From the NCBI GenBank assembly GCA_016206675.1, contig JACQRD010000047.1:1-37040 (forward strand): a stretch of DNA of 37,040 nt, in the 5' to 3' direction. Origin of the DNA: Candidatus Omnitrophota bacterium. Its GTDB lineage: Bacteria > Omnitrophota > Gorgyraeia > Aquiviventales > Aquiviventaceae. The position numbers and the translations under genes are program-made. The notes beneath the pieces were generated by a model, which made no database searches, was not told where the DNA came from, and saw nothing but the letters and a program-made list of their open reading frames with translations. The first letter of the stretch is position 1. Each line of letters begins with the position of its first letter. This document shows positions 17,548 to 26,695 of the stretch, in pieces.

Positions 17548-19562
17548 AGATCTGTCTGATTGCAGTGGAGATCTTTGCATGGGGCAAGCATGGCGGCTTC
17601 GGCAAGGCCACGCGCCTGATCGGCCGTGAGCTCATCCGCCGGGGCCACCAGGTCTTCGCGGTCGTCCCTCAACGGAAGGGGCAGCGTCCCGTGGAGCAGC
17701 TCGACGGAATCACCGTGCTGGGTTTTTCGCCATCTCGACCCTGGATGGCGGCGGCGCTGTTGCGCTCGTGCGATGCCCAGATCTACCACTCCTGCGAGCC
17801 GTCGCTGGCCACGGCGCTGGCCCTGCGCGTCATGCCCCACAAGCGCCACATGGTGACCTTCCGCGATCCGCGCGACCTGCGGGATTGGTGGTTGGAATTC
17901 GAGCGCCCTTCGCTCCATTACGGGCAGGTGCTGCACAACTTTCTCTATGAGGACAACTGGTGGGTCCAGCGCGCGGTGCGGCGCATGGATGCGGTTTACA
18001 CGACCGCGCACGAGCTGATCCCCAAGGTGCGTCGCATGTATCGGCTGGCAACCGACCCGGCCTTTCTGCCGACGCCGGTGGCGGTCCCGGCCCGTGTCAC
18101 CAAAGCCCAGACCCCGACGGTCTGCTACCTCGCGCGTTTGGATCGGCGCAAGCAGCCGGAGCTCTTCTTCGAGATGGCGCGCCAGTTTCCCGCCGTGCGC
18201 TTCATCGCGATGGGCAAGTCGAGAGACCCGCGCTGGGAGGCCGAGCTGCGCCGGCGCTACACCGGGCTGCCCAATGTGACGTTTGCCGGGTTCCAGGACC
18301 CGTTCGTCGACGGCCGGCACGCGAGCCTGCTTGAGCAGAGCTGGGTGATGGTCAACACGGCCACGCGCGAAGCGCTGCCCAACGCGTTTCTCGAAGCGGC
18401 CGCGCACGGCTGCGCCGTCCTGAGCGAGATCAATACGGATGGGTTTGCTGCACGCTTCGGCTTCCACGTCCGTGACGGGGACTTCGCCTCCGGGCTGCAG
18501 TGGCTGCTGGAGGATGGGCGATGGCGCACGCAGGGCGAGGCCGGACGCCGCTTCGTCACAGAGCACTTCGAGCTGGACCGGGCGATGGAGGCGCATGTGA
18601 CCGCCTACAAGCGTCTCCTGGCCTCGGTAGCCGCGGTTGCGCCGTCCGCGCGTCCTCCACGCGCAGCCGTCGTCGTGCTGAACCGCGACAAGAAGGCCGA
18701 GGCGCTGGCCTGCGTCGAGAGCGTGCAGCGGCTGACACGGCAACCCTTGGAGGTCGTCGTCGTCGACAACGCCTCGATGGACGGTTCACCCGACGCGATC
18801 ACCCGGGCCTTCCCGCAGGTGCGCTTGATCCGCAACCCCGCCAATCTCGGCGCCTCCGGGGGCCGCAATGTGGGGTGGCGCGCGGCCGCGGCGCGCACGC
18901 GTCCGGAGTTCATCCTGTTTCTCGATGATGACGCGGCGCCTGAGCCGCCGTCGCTCGGCCGGCTTATCGACGCGTTACAGGCCGATCCACAGGCCGGCAT
19001 CGCGTGCGGCAAAGCGTACACGCGCTCCCCATCGCGCACCATCATGTCGGCGGGCATCATCGTCAACCGGTGGACCGGCGCGGTGCATGACCGCGGCGCA
19101 GGCCGCCTCGACGACGGCCGCTACGACCGTGGAGGCTACGTGGATGCCTGCGGCGGTTTTGCCTGGCTGGCGCGTCGTGAAGTGTTGGAGGCGCTCAACG
19201 GATTGGACGAGCGCTTTAACCCGTACGGATGGGAAGACGTCGACTTCTGCCTGCGGGCGGCAGCACGCGGTTGGCGCGTGCGCTACGTGCCTGAGGCGAT
19301 CGTGTATCACGGCGGCGGCAAGGTCGGCCGCAAGCCGGTGGCCGCCTACGAGCGGCGCAAAGTCTGCAATTATTTGCTGCTGCTGCGGCGGCATACGAAT
19401 CTTCTGCAGCGATTCAGTTGCGCGCTCTGCGTGCCTTGGCGCGCGCTGCTCGTGATGGGCCGGCTGATCCGGCAGGGCCATGCGGCCATCATCGCGGAGC
19501 ACTGGCGCGGCCTGTGGGACGGCCTGCGCCTCTTACCTGACAACCACGGAGGTCCATCATGA
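17544..19562 (+). CDS. GT4-GT2 fusion glycosyltransferase
   Basis: N-half REALPNAFLEAAAHG; C-half VVDNASMDGS, FLDDD, EDVDFCLR. Confidence 0.88.
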   Translation: MKICLIAVEIFAWGKHGGFGKATRLIGRELIRRGHQVFAVVPQRKGQRPVEQLDGITVLGFSPSRPWMAAALLRSCDAQIYHSCEPSLATALALRVMPHKRHMVTFRDPRDLRDWWLEFERPSLHYGQVLHNFLYEDNWWVQRAVRRMDAVYTTAHELIPKVRRMYRLATDPAFLPTPVAVPARVTKAQTPTVCYLARLDRRKQPELFFEMARQFPAVRFIAMGKSRDPRWEAELRRRYTGLPNVTFAGFQDPFVDGRHASLLEQSWVMVNTATREALPNAFLEAAAHGCAVLSEINTDGFAARFGFHVRDGDFASGLQWLLEDGRWRTQGEAGRRFVTEHFELDRAMEAHVTAYKRLLASVAAVAPSARPPRAAVVVLNRDKKAEALACVESVQRLTRQPLEVVVVDNASMDGSPDAITRAFPQVRLIRNPANLGASGGRNVGWRAAAARTRPEFILFLDDDAAPEPPSLGRLIDALQADPQAGIACGKAYTRSPSRTIMSAGIIVNRWTGAVHDRGAGRLDDGRYDRGGYVDACGGFAWLARREVLEALNGLDERFNPYGWEDVDFCLRAAARGWRVRYVPEAIVYHGGGKVGRKPVAAYERRKVCNYLLLLRRHTNLLQRFSCALCVPWRALLVMGRLIRQGHAAIIAEHWRGLWDGLRLLPDNHGGPS

Positions 19563-21151
19563 CGTATTCGCGACGAGGAAGCGGCCAGGTCATCGCGATC
19601 GGGCTTGAAGCCACCGATCCGGGTTTGGTTGAACGCTGGTGCCGCGAGGGCCATCTGCCGACGTTCACCTCGCTGATGCAGCGCGGCGCCTGGCGGCGGC
19701 TGCGCTCGAATACCGAAATCTCCAGCGGCTCGACGTGGGCCTCGGTCAACACCGGCGCCGGTGCTGGCAAGCACGGCATGGCCTTCTATCACCGGCAGTT
19801 GAAGTCCGGCACCTACCGGCTGCGCAAGAAGTATGCGGAAGAGATCGCGCGCGAGCCGTTTTGGCTGCCCTTAAGCCGCGCGGGCAAGCGGGTGGCCGTC
19901 TTGGACGTGCCGGAATCGTACGCCACCCCGGGCTTCAACGGCATGCAGCTCATCGGCTGGGGCGCAGAGGGCTTAAACGCGCCGCGTTCCTCTTGGCCCT
20001 CGCCGCTGTATCGGCGCATCACCGCGCGCTACGGCTGCCATCCTCTCGCCGGATGGTTCCAGCACCGGCCGGCCTCGCTCGACGAGTGGGCAGTGCTCTC
20101 AAAGAACATGCTCGATGGCACCACGACGCGGGCGGCCATCTTCCGCGAGCTGTACGCGCAAGAGCGGTGGGATCTGTTCCTGGCGGCATTCGCCGAGCCG
20201 CACTGGTCCGGCCACTACTTCTGGCACATCATGGACGAGCGCCACCCCGACTACGATCCGCAGGTGGCCGCCGTCTGTGGCGACACGATCCGTCGGGTGT
20301 ACCAAGTCATCGACCGATCCATCGCCGAGTTGTTGGAGGCCGCGCCGCAGGCCACGGTGCTGATCTTTTCCAACACCGGCATGGGGCCCAACTACAGCGG
20401 CCAGCATCTGCTGCCGGAACTTCTCAGCCGCCTGGGTTTGGCTGGCCGCATGGGGCAGTCGATGGCGCCGAAGGGGCTGTCGAAATTGCTGCCTGGACGG
20501 TACGTAGGCTCCTCCGCCATCCGCCGGATCGCCGACGCGGTCTCGCCTCAGAACATCGAGCGGATCAAGCAGCTGATGCCGGAGCGTCTCTGGGATGCGT
20601 GGACCCGCTGGGCGCTCGCGTTGGGCAGCACGTGGAAGGACAGCCGGGCGTTTGCGCTCCCCACCGATTTTACCGGCGCCATCCGCATTAACCTGCAGGG
20701 GCGCGAACCGGAGGGCAAAGTGGCCCCCGGCGCGGAGTACGATGCCACCTGCGAGGAGCTCGCGCATGCGCTGAAGGAGCTGATCAATCCCGCCACGGGC
20801 AAGCCGGCGGTGGCCGAGGTGATCAAGATCGCCGACTGGCATCCCGGCGAGCAAGTCGACGAGCTGCCTGATCTGATCGTCAAATGGACCGCGGATGCGC
20901 CCATCAATGCGCTCACCTCGCCGCGCATCGGCACCGTCAGCGGCGTGCTGCCGGATCTGCGCTCCGGAGCGCACACGACGTACGGCTTTCTGCTGGGGGT
21001 CGGGGAGGGCATCGCTGCGCGCGGCACGCTGCCCAACGCGCACATCATGGACGTGGCCCCCACCATCATGCGGCTGATGGGTCAGCCGGCCCCCGACGAT
21101 GTGGAGGGGCGGCCGCTGGAGGATCTGCTGGGTGCGGCGGTGAACGCATGA
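19559..21151 (+). CDS. Alkaline phosphatase superfamily (type I phosphodiesterase/nucleotide pyrophosphatase-like) protein
   Basis: IGLEAT, STWASVNTG..GKHG, IRINLQGREPEG, PDLIV, SGAH, DVAPTI. Confidence 0.82.
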   Translation: MTYSRRGSGQVIAIGLEATDPGLVERWCREGHLPTFTSLMQRGAWRRLRSNTEISSGSTWASVNTGAGAGKHGMAFYHRQLKSGTYRLRKKYAEEIAREPFWLPLSRAGKRVAVLDVPESYATPGFNGMQLIGWGAEGLNAPRSSWPSPLYRRITARYGCHPLAGWFQHRPASLDEWAVLSKNMLDGTTTRAAIFRELYAQERWDLFLAAFAEPHWSGHYFWHIMDERHPDYDPQVAAVCGDTIRRVYQVIDRSIAELLEAAPQATVLIFSNTGMGPNYSGQHLLPELLSRLGLAGRMGQSMAPKGLSKLLPGRYVGSSAIRRIADAVSPQNIERIKQLMPERLWDAWTRWALALGSTWKDSRAFALPTDFTGAIRINLQGREPEGKVAPGAEYDATCEELAHALKELINPATGKPAVAEVIKIADWHPGEQVDELPDLIVKWTADAPINALTSPRIGTVSGVLPDLRSGAHTTYGFLLGVGEGIAARGTLPNAHIMDVAPTIMRLMGQPAPDDVEGRPLEDLLGAAVNA

Positions 21152-22137
21152 CGATCCCAACGCGCCCGCTGGGAGCCACGGGGCCGCGCGTCTCGGCGCT
21201 GGGCCTTGGCTGCTCGTCGCTGGGCGGCGGGGTCTTCTCCCGCGACGACGCCGAATCGCTTCGCCTCTTGCATCACGCGTTGGAGCGCGGGGTGACCTTC
21301 TATGACACCGCGGATATGTACGGCTATGGCCACAGTGAGCGGCTCATCGGGCGGGCGTTCAAAGGCCGCCGGCGCGAAGTGATCATCGCCAGCAAGGCCG
21401 GCTTCTTGCCGTCGTCGCTGGCGCGCTGGGGGCAAGTCGCCCTGCCGGTTGCCGGGCTGGTGCGTCCGCTGCTGCAACCGCTGCGGAAACCGCTGCATCA
21501 GGCCTCGAAAACACGGCAGGATTTTTCCCGGGGCCACATCACGCGCGCCATCGACGGGACGTTGCAGCGGCTGCAGACGGACTACGTCGATGTCTATCTG
21601 CTGCACAGCCCGCCGACAGCGGTGCTGCAGCAGGGCGAGGTGTTCGAGCTCTTGCGAGCGATGAAGCGGCAGGGCAAGATCCGCCATGGCGGTGTGTCGG
21701 CGCACACGATCGATGACGCGCTGCTCGCATTGCGCGATCCGGATGTCGAGGTCCTCGAAGTGGCGTTCAATCTGTTGGATCAAGAGGCCGCGGTGCGCCT
21801 GTTTCCCGTCGTCGCCCAGCGGCCGGTGGGCATCATCGCCCGCGTCCCGTTGGCCCGCGGCCTGCTGATCGAGCGCGCGACGATGCAGCCCGGCAGGACG
21901 CGGTCGATCGCTCACGCAGCACTGCAGTTTGTGCTCCAGTATCCCGAAGTCTCCACGGTGATTCCCGGCACCAAGTCGGTGGCGCATCTGGAGGATAATC
22001 TCCGAGCGCTGGAAGTCGAACCTTTGACCCTCGAAGAAATACAACAAGTCACAGACCAATCGTGGCTCAGGGCTCGGGGCTCGGGGCAAACGACCCAGAG
22101 CCCCCAGCCCACAACCCAGAGCCACGCGGGTTCTTGA
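21148..22137 (+). CDS. Aldo/keto reductase
   Basis: LGLGC, YDTADMYG, SKAG, LQTDYVDVYLLH, VIPG..HLEDN. Confidence 0.92.
   Translation: MTIPTRPLGATGPRVSALGLGCSSLGGGVFSRDDAESLRLLHHALERGVTFYDTADMYGYGHSERLIGRAFKGRRREVIIASKAGFLPSSLARWGQVALPVAGLVRPLLQPLRKPLHQASKTRQDFSRGHITRAIDGTLQRLQTDYVDVYLLHSPPTAVLQQGEVFELLRAMKRQGKIRHGGVSAHTIDDALLALRDPDVEVLEVAFNLLDQEAAVRLFPVVAQRPVGIIARVPLARGLLIERATMQPGRTRSIAHAALQFVLQYPEVSTVIPGTKSVAHLEDNLRALEVEPLTLEEIQQVTDQSWLRARGSGQTTQSPQPTTQSHAGS
22061..22126. repeat. Inverted heptamer tandem repeat in AKR 3' end
   Basis: cgtggc tcagggc tcggggc tcggggc aaacg acccaga gccccca gcccaca acccaga gccacg. Confidence 0.75.
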
Positions 22138-22138
22138 G

Positions 22139-22588
22139 ATGCTCGCAAAACTGGCGCAGCTGATTGCCACGGGTGGCGGAGTCGGATACGCTCCAGTGGC
22201 CTCCGGGACCGTGGCAAGCGCCGTTGTCGCAGCCCTCTGGTGGGTGCTGCCGTTGTCTGTGCCGGTCCAATGGGTGGTTTGTGCCGCGATGACACTGGGC
22301 GGCGTCTGGGCTTCCGGCGTGGTGGCCAGGCGCCTGGGTGATCAAGATCCTTCCGTTGTGGTGATTGATGAGTTCGCGGGCATGTGGCTGGCTGTCGCCG
22401 GCCTGCCGAAGGCCTGGCCGGTGATCGGCGCAGCCTTCCTGTTGTTCAGAATCTTGGATATCGGTAAGTTTCCTCCTATGAAGCAGTTAGAGCATCTTCC
22501 CGGCGGATGGGGCATCATGCTCGACGACGTGGCCGCCGGAGCGATCACCCGTCTCTGCCTCCTGGGGCTGGTCGCCTACATGTTCTGA
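22139..22588 (+). CDS. pgpA: Phosphatidylglycerophosphatase A
   Basis: APVASGTVAS, DPSVVVIDEFAG, FRILDIGK, GIMLDDVAAG. Confidence 0.95.
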   Translation: MLAKLAQLIATGGGVGYAPVASGTVASAVVAALWWVLPLSVPVQWVVCAAMTLGGVWASGVVARRLGDQDPSVVVIDEFAGMWLAVAGLPKAWPVIGAAFLLFRILDIGKFPPMKQLEHLPGGWGIMLDDVAAGAITRLCLLGLVAYMF

Positions 22589-22813
22589 CATAGTCCACGT
22601 CGGCTAAATACAACATAAAGACGCTTATTGTTGCTTAATTCTTCATATTGACCTGCTGTTGCATTCGACAGACGCTCTGTCGTGTCGAACAGACTCAAAA
22701 GGATTCGCTGGTCCACACACCATCTGATCAGTCCTCGAGGGCGCCTCGTAAAGCATAACTATAGTATTTCCAATAGGTTAGACAGAATAAAATTCACCAT
22801 TTTGTTAGGAGAT

Positions 22814-22829
22814 TGGCATGATCCCTGCT
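22814..22829 (+). promoter_or_regulatory. Sigma54-type -24/-12 promoter
   Basis: tGGcatgatccctGCt, 65 nt upstream of sugar transferase ATG. Confidence 0.75.
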
Positions 22830-22893
22830 TTCATAAGGATATGCTCTCTTACAAAGTTCAACCAACCATAAGGCATAAGGCAGGTCATAAGGA

Positions 22894-23595
22894 ATGAGTG
22901 CGTTAGTCGCGAGGCTGTTGTCGTTTCATCAGGAATTGGCGGTTGAGCTTCAACGATTTTTACTGCTTGTTCGATACCAGCACCATGTGCCGCCGTTTAC
23001 GCTGTGGTGGCGGCTGGTGCTCAAGCGGATTGTGGATGTGCTCGGCGCGCTCATCGGCCTGATCATCACGGCGCCGGTGATGGCCGTCGTCGCCGCGCTG
23101 ATCAAACTCGATTCCAGGGGGCCGATCTTCTACAAGCAGCAGCGCGTGGGCCGGTTCGGAGAGCTATTTAACATTTGCAAGCTCCGTTCCATGAAGATGG
23201 ACGCCGAAGTCGCCGGGCCGCAATGGGCCGCCGGAGCAGAGGACCCCCGATTGACCCGCGTTGGCCGCCTGCTGCGGCGCCTGCATCTCGATGAGCTGCC
23301 GCAGCTCTGGAACGTGTTGGTCGGCCACATGAGCCTGGTCGGTCCGCGGCCTGAACGGCCATGCTTTTTTGACGATCTGAATCACTCCATCGACCGCTAC
23401 GATGAGCGCCTGCTGATCAAGCCCGGCATGACGGGCTTGGCCCAGGTGCACTACCGCTACGATGCGTCGCTTGCGGATGTGCGCAGAAAATTGCGGTTCG
23501 ATCTGCTCTACATTAAGCGAATGTGCGTGGCACTTGATGCGCGGATTCTTGCGTGGACCGTCCTGGTCGTGCTGACCGGGCGCGGCATCCGCTAA
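22894..23595 (+). CDS. Priming polyprenyl-phosphate sugar transferase (Bac_transf)
   Basis: KRIVD, KLRSM, DPRLT, LDELPQLWNVL.G.MSLVGPRPE, KPGMTGLAQV. Confidence 0.95.
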   Translation: MSALVARLLSFHQELAVELQRFLLLVRYQHHVPPFTLWWRLVLKRIVDVLGALIGLIITAPVMAVVAALIKLDSRGPIFYKQQRVGRFGELFNICKLRSMKMDAEVAGPQWAAGAEDPRLTRVGRLLRRLHLDELPQLWNVLVGHMSLVGPRPERPCFFDDLNHSIDRYDERLLIKPGMTGLAQVHYRYDASLADVRRKLRFDLLYIKRMCVALDARILAWTVLVVLTGRGIR

Positions 23596-23623
23596 TACGG
23601 TGTAACCGAAGGAGGACGGCACG

Positions 23624-23935
23624 ATGCAGCACACATCGCGGACGTGGGTGACGGTCGCAGGACTGTCGCTCGCGCTGCTGGCCGCAGGGTGTAAGAGCGG
23701 CGGCGGGGGATTGAGCAGTTTGTTCGGGATTTTCGGCGGCGGTGGTGGTTTAGATGGAGGGGGCACTCAGCTGGCGGAGCTTTTTGACAACACCCCCAAT
23801 CCGGATACAACTCCAACGCCACCGGATACCGATCCACTGGCGGCAACCGTTCGCAATCCGGAACCGGGCAGCCTGGCGCTGTTCGGGACAGGCTTGCTGG
23901 GCGTGGCCTGTCTGCGCCGGCGGCGCAAAGCCTGA
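23624..23935 (+). CDS. Small PEP-CTERM protein with lipoprotein signal
   Basis: RBS aaggagg; LAAG-C lipobox; C-terminal NPEPGSLALFGTGLLGVACLRRRRKA. Confidence 0.9.
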   Translation: MQHTSRTWVTVAGLSLALLAAGCKSGGGGLSSLFGIFGGGGGLDGGGTQLAELFDNTPNPDTTPTPPDTDPLAATVRNPEPGSLALFGTGLLGVACLRRRRKA

Positions 23936-24026
23936 CCGCACGCAACACAAAGGACGAATTGATCAGCGTCGATTGCCTTCTTCGGTGAGTTTGGACGCTA
24001 CCCCCACCTCCTAAAGCGGGTAGCCC

Positions 24027-24061
24027 ACCGCCTCCGTCGTGCTGCACGGAGGCGGTTTTTT
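24027..24061 (+). terminator. Rho-independent terminator
   Basis: accgcctccgt/acggaggcggt 11-bp stem followed by T-run. Confidence 0.85.
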
Positions 24062-24113
24062 ATTCCAGCCGCGCACTTAATTTTCATTAAAGATGCCTAA
24101 CAGAGGTGAAACC

Positions 24114-24129
24114 TGGTACGGATCATGCT
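24114..24129 (+). promoter_or_regulatory. Sigma54-type -24/-12 promoter
   Basis: tGGtacggatcatGCt directly after terminator and an AT-rich tract. Confidence 0.65.
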
Positions 24130-24154
24130 TTTTCAAGGATCAGGCGACACATCG

Positions 24155-24979
24155 ATGAACGTAGTGCAACAAGCGCTGGGGGAGACGCTCAAGCACTTGC
24201 GCGCCCATCGGCTGCTGTGGCTGCCGTTTCTTCTCACCATGCTGGCTCAAGCCGTCCTGTTGAGCCTGGTGTGGGCAGCGCCGCATCCGCCCTTTTCCGG
24301 CCTCTTGGCTCCCCCGATCCGCTACGCGTACGGCGATGCCATGCTGCATTATCCCTGGCATCTGTGGCTGCTCTATCACGTGATGAAGCATACGCAACTA
24401 GCCGCCACACTGCTGGTGGGCGCGTACATGAGCGGCCTGGCCAGCGCCATGGTGCGCCAGCTGCACGAAGGACAGACGCTGTCCATACGGCAGGCGCTGC
24501 TCGGCGGCCGGGTGCGCTACGGGCGCCTGCTGCTGGTGTGGGCCGCCAGTTGGGCCGTCGCCACCGGGGTTCTGGAAGCCGCCGCGCGGCTGCCCTTCAG
24601 CGCCGCGGCGATGATGTGGCTGCAAGCGGCGCTGCTGATCGGCCTGCAGGCGGTGGTGGTGTATCCCATTGCCGCCGCCGTCTTCGAAGATCTCTCTTGG
24701 TGGAGGGCGCTGGTGCGCGGCGTGCAAGAGACGCTGCGCTATCCCGTCAGCACCGTGGCCATCGTGGCCATCCCCAGCGCCCTCATGGTGGCCTTTGCGC
24801 TGCTGGCTCACGAGCAGCGGGTCCAGGCGTGGATGACGCAGCTCGCGCCTGAAATTGCGGTGGCGTGCGTGCTGGCACGGCTGCTCGTCGTGACGGTCGC
24901 CGATGCGCTGCTGACCGTGGGTGCGGCGAATCTATGGCTGATCCATCGAAAACACCGACTCTTCTCATCGCATTCCTGA
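24155..24979 (+). CDS. Uncharacterised multi-pass membrane protein
   Basis: About six hydrophobic segments; start moved to ATG 24155 because ATG 24125 lies inside the sigma54 motif. Confidence 0.75.
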   Translation: MNVVQQALGETLKHLRAHRLLWLPFLLTMLAQAVLLSLVWAAPHPPFSGLLAPPIRYAYGDAMLHYPWHLWLLYHVMKHTQLAATLLVGAYMSGLASAMVRQLHEGQTLSIRQALLGGRVRYGRLLLVWAASWAVATGVLEAAARLPFSAAAMMWLQAALLIGLQAVVVYPIAAAVFEDLSWWRALVRGVQETLRYPVSTVAIVAIPSALMVAFALLAHEQRVQAWMTQLAPEIAVACVLARLLVVTVADALLTVGAANLWLIHRKHRLFSSHS

Positions 24980-25854
24980 TTCCACTACACGGCTGCAGCG
25001 CCGAGTACCGGGCCGAGCGGCTCTTGTGGCACGCGCAACAGCGCGCGCAGGCGGTGATGGACGATCCCGCCGGCGCGGCAGAGGAACAGGCGGTTGCGGC
25101 CATGGCGGCATTGGAACAGGTCATCAGCAAGGCCCGTGGCAGCCGCGCGGCGGCGCAGGCGCAGCTCGCTCTCGGGTCGATCGCCGCGCGCCGCAACCAG
25201 TTGGCGCAGGCGCGCGAAGCGTACGAAACGGCCGTCCGCAATCACAGCCAGTTCCCCGACCTGGCATATGCGGCGCGCGCGGCGCTACTGACGATCTATG
25301 CAGCCCAGCACGATCAGGCCGCGTTGATCGCCATGTACCGTGAGCTGATGGTTTCGCAGCCATGGAGCGGCGCGGGGCTGGATGCGCCGCTGGCCATCGC
25401 CCGTGCCGTCGCGCAGCGCCACTCCGCTGAGGAAGCCTCCGCGGCGTATCAGGCCGCGGTCAAGCACTACGAGAAGTTGATCAACGAGGCGCCCTCGATG
25501 GCCCAGGTGCTGCTCGCGAAGGGGCAGATGGTTGCGGCCTACGAAGGGCTGGGACAGTGGGAGCGCGCCATGGCGCTCTTGAAGGAGCTGGCAGCGGCGG
25601 AGCGTGGCGTGAACCGCCCTGTGGTCTTGCTGAAGATGGCGCAACTGCACGAAACACGGTTCGGTGAGATGGAGCAGGCGAAAGCCCTCTACCGGCAAGT
25701 GATCGACGGTTATGCGGGGCAGCCGGCCGCGTGGGCGGCGGCGCAGGCGCTGGCACGCCTTGTCCCGCCGCCGGCATCCCACACGGCGGCGTTGCCGGAG
25801 CTGTTGCTGTTCGCGCCGCCGCAGCGTCGAGGGACAAGCGCGCATGTCGAGTAG
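24934..25854 (+). CDS. TPR-repeat putative lipoprotein
   Basis: LLIAFLIPLHG-C lipobox-like start; helical Ala-rich TPR-like repeats (AQAQLALG..., AREAYE, AKALYRQVI). Confidence 0.75.
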   Translation: MADPSKTPTLLIAFLIPLHGCSAEYRAERLLWHAQQRAQAVMDDPAGAAEEQAVAAMAALEQVISKARGSRAAAQAQLALGSIAARRNQLAQAREAYETAVRNHSQFPDLAYAARAALLTIYAAQHDQAALIAMYRELMVSQPWSGAGLDAPLAIARAVAQRHSAEEASAAYQAAVKHYEKLINEAPSMAQVLLAKGQMVAAYEGLGQWERAMALLKELAAAERGVNRPVVLLKMAQLHETRFGEMEQAKALYRQVIDGYAGQPAAWAAAQALARLVPPPASHTAALPELLLFAPPQRRGTSAHVE

Positions 25855-26695
25855 CGCCGTGCGCGGAGGGCCGCACCGTCTGGCATGGACGCTGCCATGG
25901 ATCGCCGCCGGCGTGGCCTTGTGCTGGCCCACCATGCGCTGGATGGCGGAGCGGTTTGAGGCCCCCGACTCCTTTTATTCGCACGGCTGGCTGATCCTTG
26001 TGGCCAGCGGATGGCTGCTCTGGAAGCGGCGCGCGCGGCTGGCCGCGCTGCCGGCCTCGCCGACGTATGACGGCCTGTGGGTGTTGGTGCCGTCGCTCGC
26101 CGTCTACGTGATGGCGACATGGTGGCGCATTCACGTCGTCGCGGGCTTGAGCCTGTTGGGGATCCTCTGGGGGCTGGTCTGGACGCTCTGGGGTCGCGCG
26201 GTCGCCAAGGTAGCGCGGTTTCCGTTGGCCTTTCTCGTGTTTATGGTCCCGCTGCCTGGCATTCTCTTAATTGCCATCAGCTTTCAAATGAAGCTGCTGG
26301 CCGCCGCCATCGCCACGTGGCTGCTGAACCTCATCGGCATGCCGGCGACGCAGGCCGGCTCAACGATTCAGGTGCCCGGCGTGTCCGTCATTGTGGACGA
26401 CACCTGCAGTGGGCTGCGGTCGCTCATCAGTTTGCTGGCTCTGTCGATTTTCTGGACGGCGCTACTGCCGCCGGTCGCCGCGCGGTGGCAGAAGCTCAGC
26501 CTGGTCGCGGCGTCAGTGCCGATTGCCCTGCTGGGGAACATGGTCCGGATCCTCGTGCTGGTGTTGGTGGCCGTGATTTACGGAGCGAAGGCCGCCGAAG
26601 GATTCATTCACTATGGTTCCGGCATGGTGGTCTTCGGCGTCGCCATCGTCGTGCTGGTGTGGCTGAGCAACCTCTTGATGAAGCGCTCCCGATGA
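25844..26695 (+). CDS. Exosortase (EpsH family)
   Basis: YSHGWLI, FMVPLP, VDDTCSGLRSL (Cys), NMVRI (Arg), FIHYG (His). Confidence 0.94.
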   Translation: MSSSAVRGGPHRLAWTLPWIAAGVALCWPTMRWMAERFEAPDSFYSHGWLILVASGWLLWKRRARLAALPASPTYDGLWVLVPSLAVYVMATWWRIHVVAGLSLLGILWGLVWTLWGRAVAKVARFPLAFLVFMVPLPGILLIAISFQMKLLAAAIATWLLNLIGMPATQAGSTIQVPGVSVIVDDTCSGLRSLISLLALSIFWTALLPPVAARWQKLSLVAASVPIALLGNMVRILVLVLVAVIYGAKAAEGFIHYGSGMVVFGVAIVVLVWLSNLLMKRSR

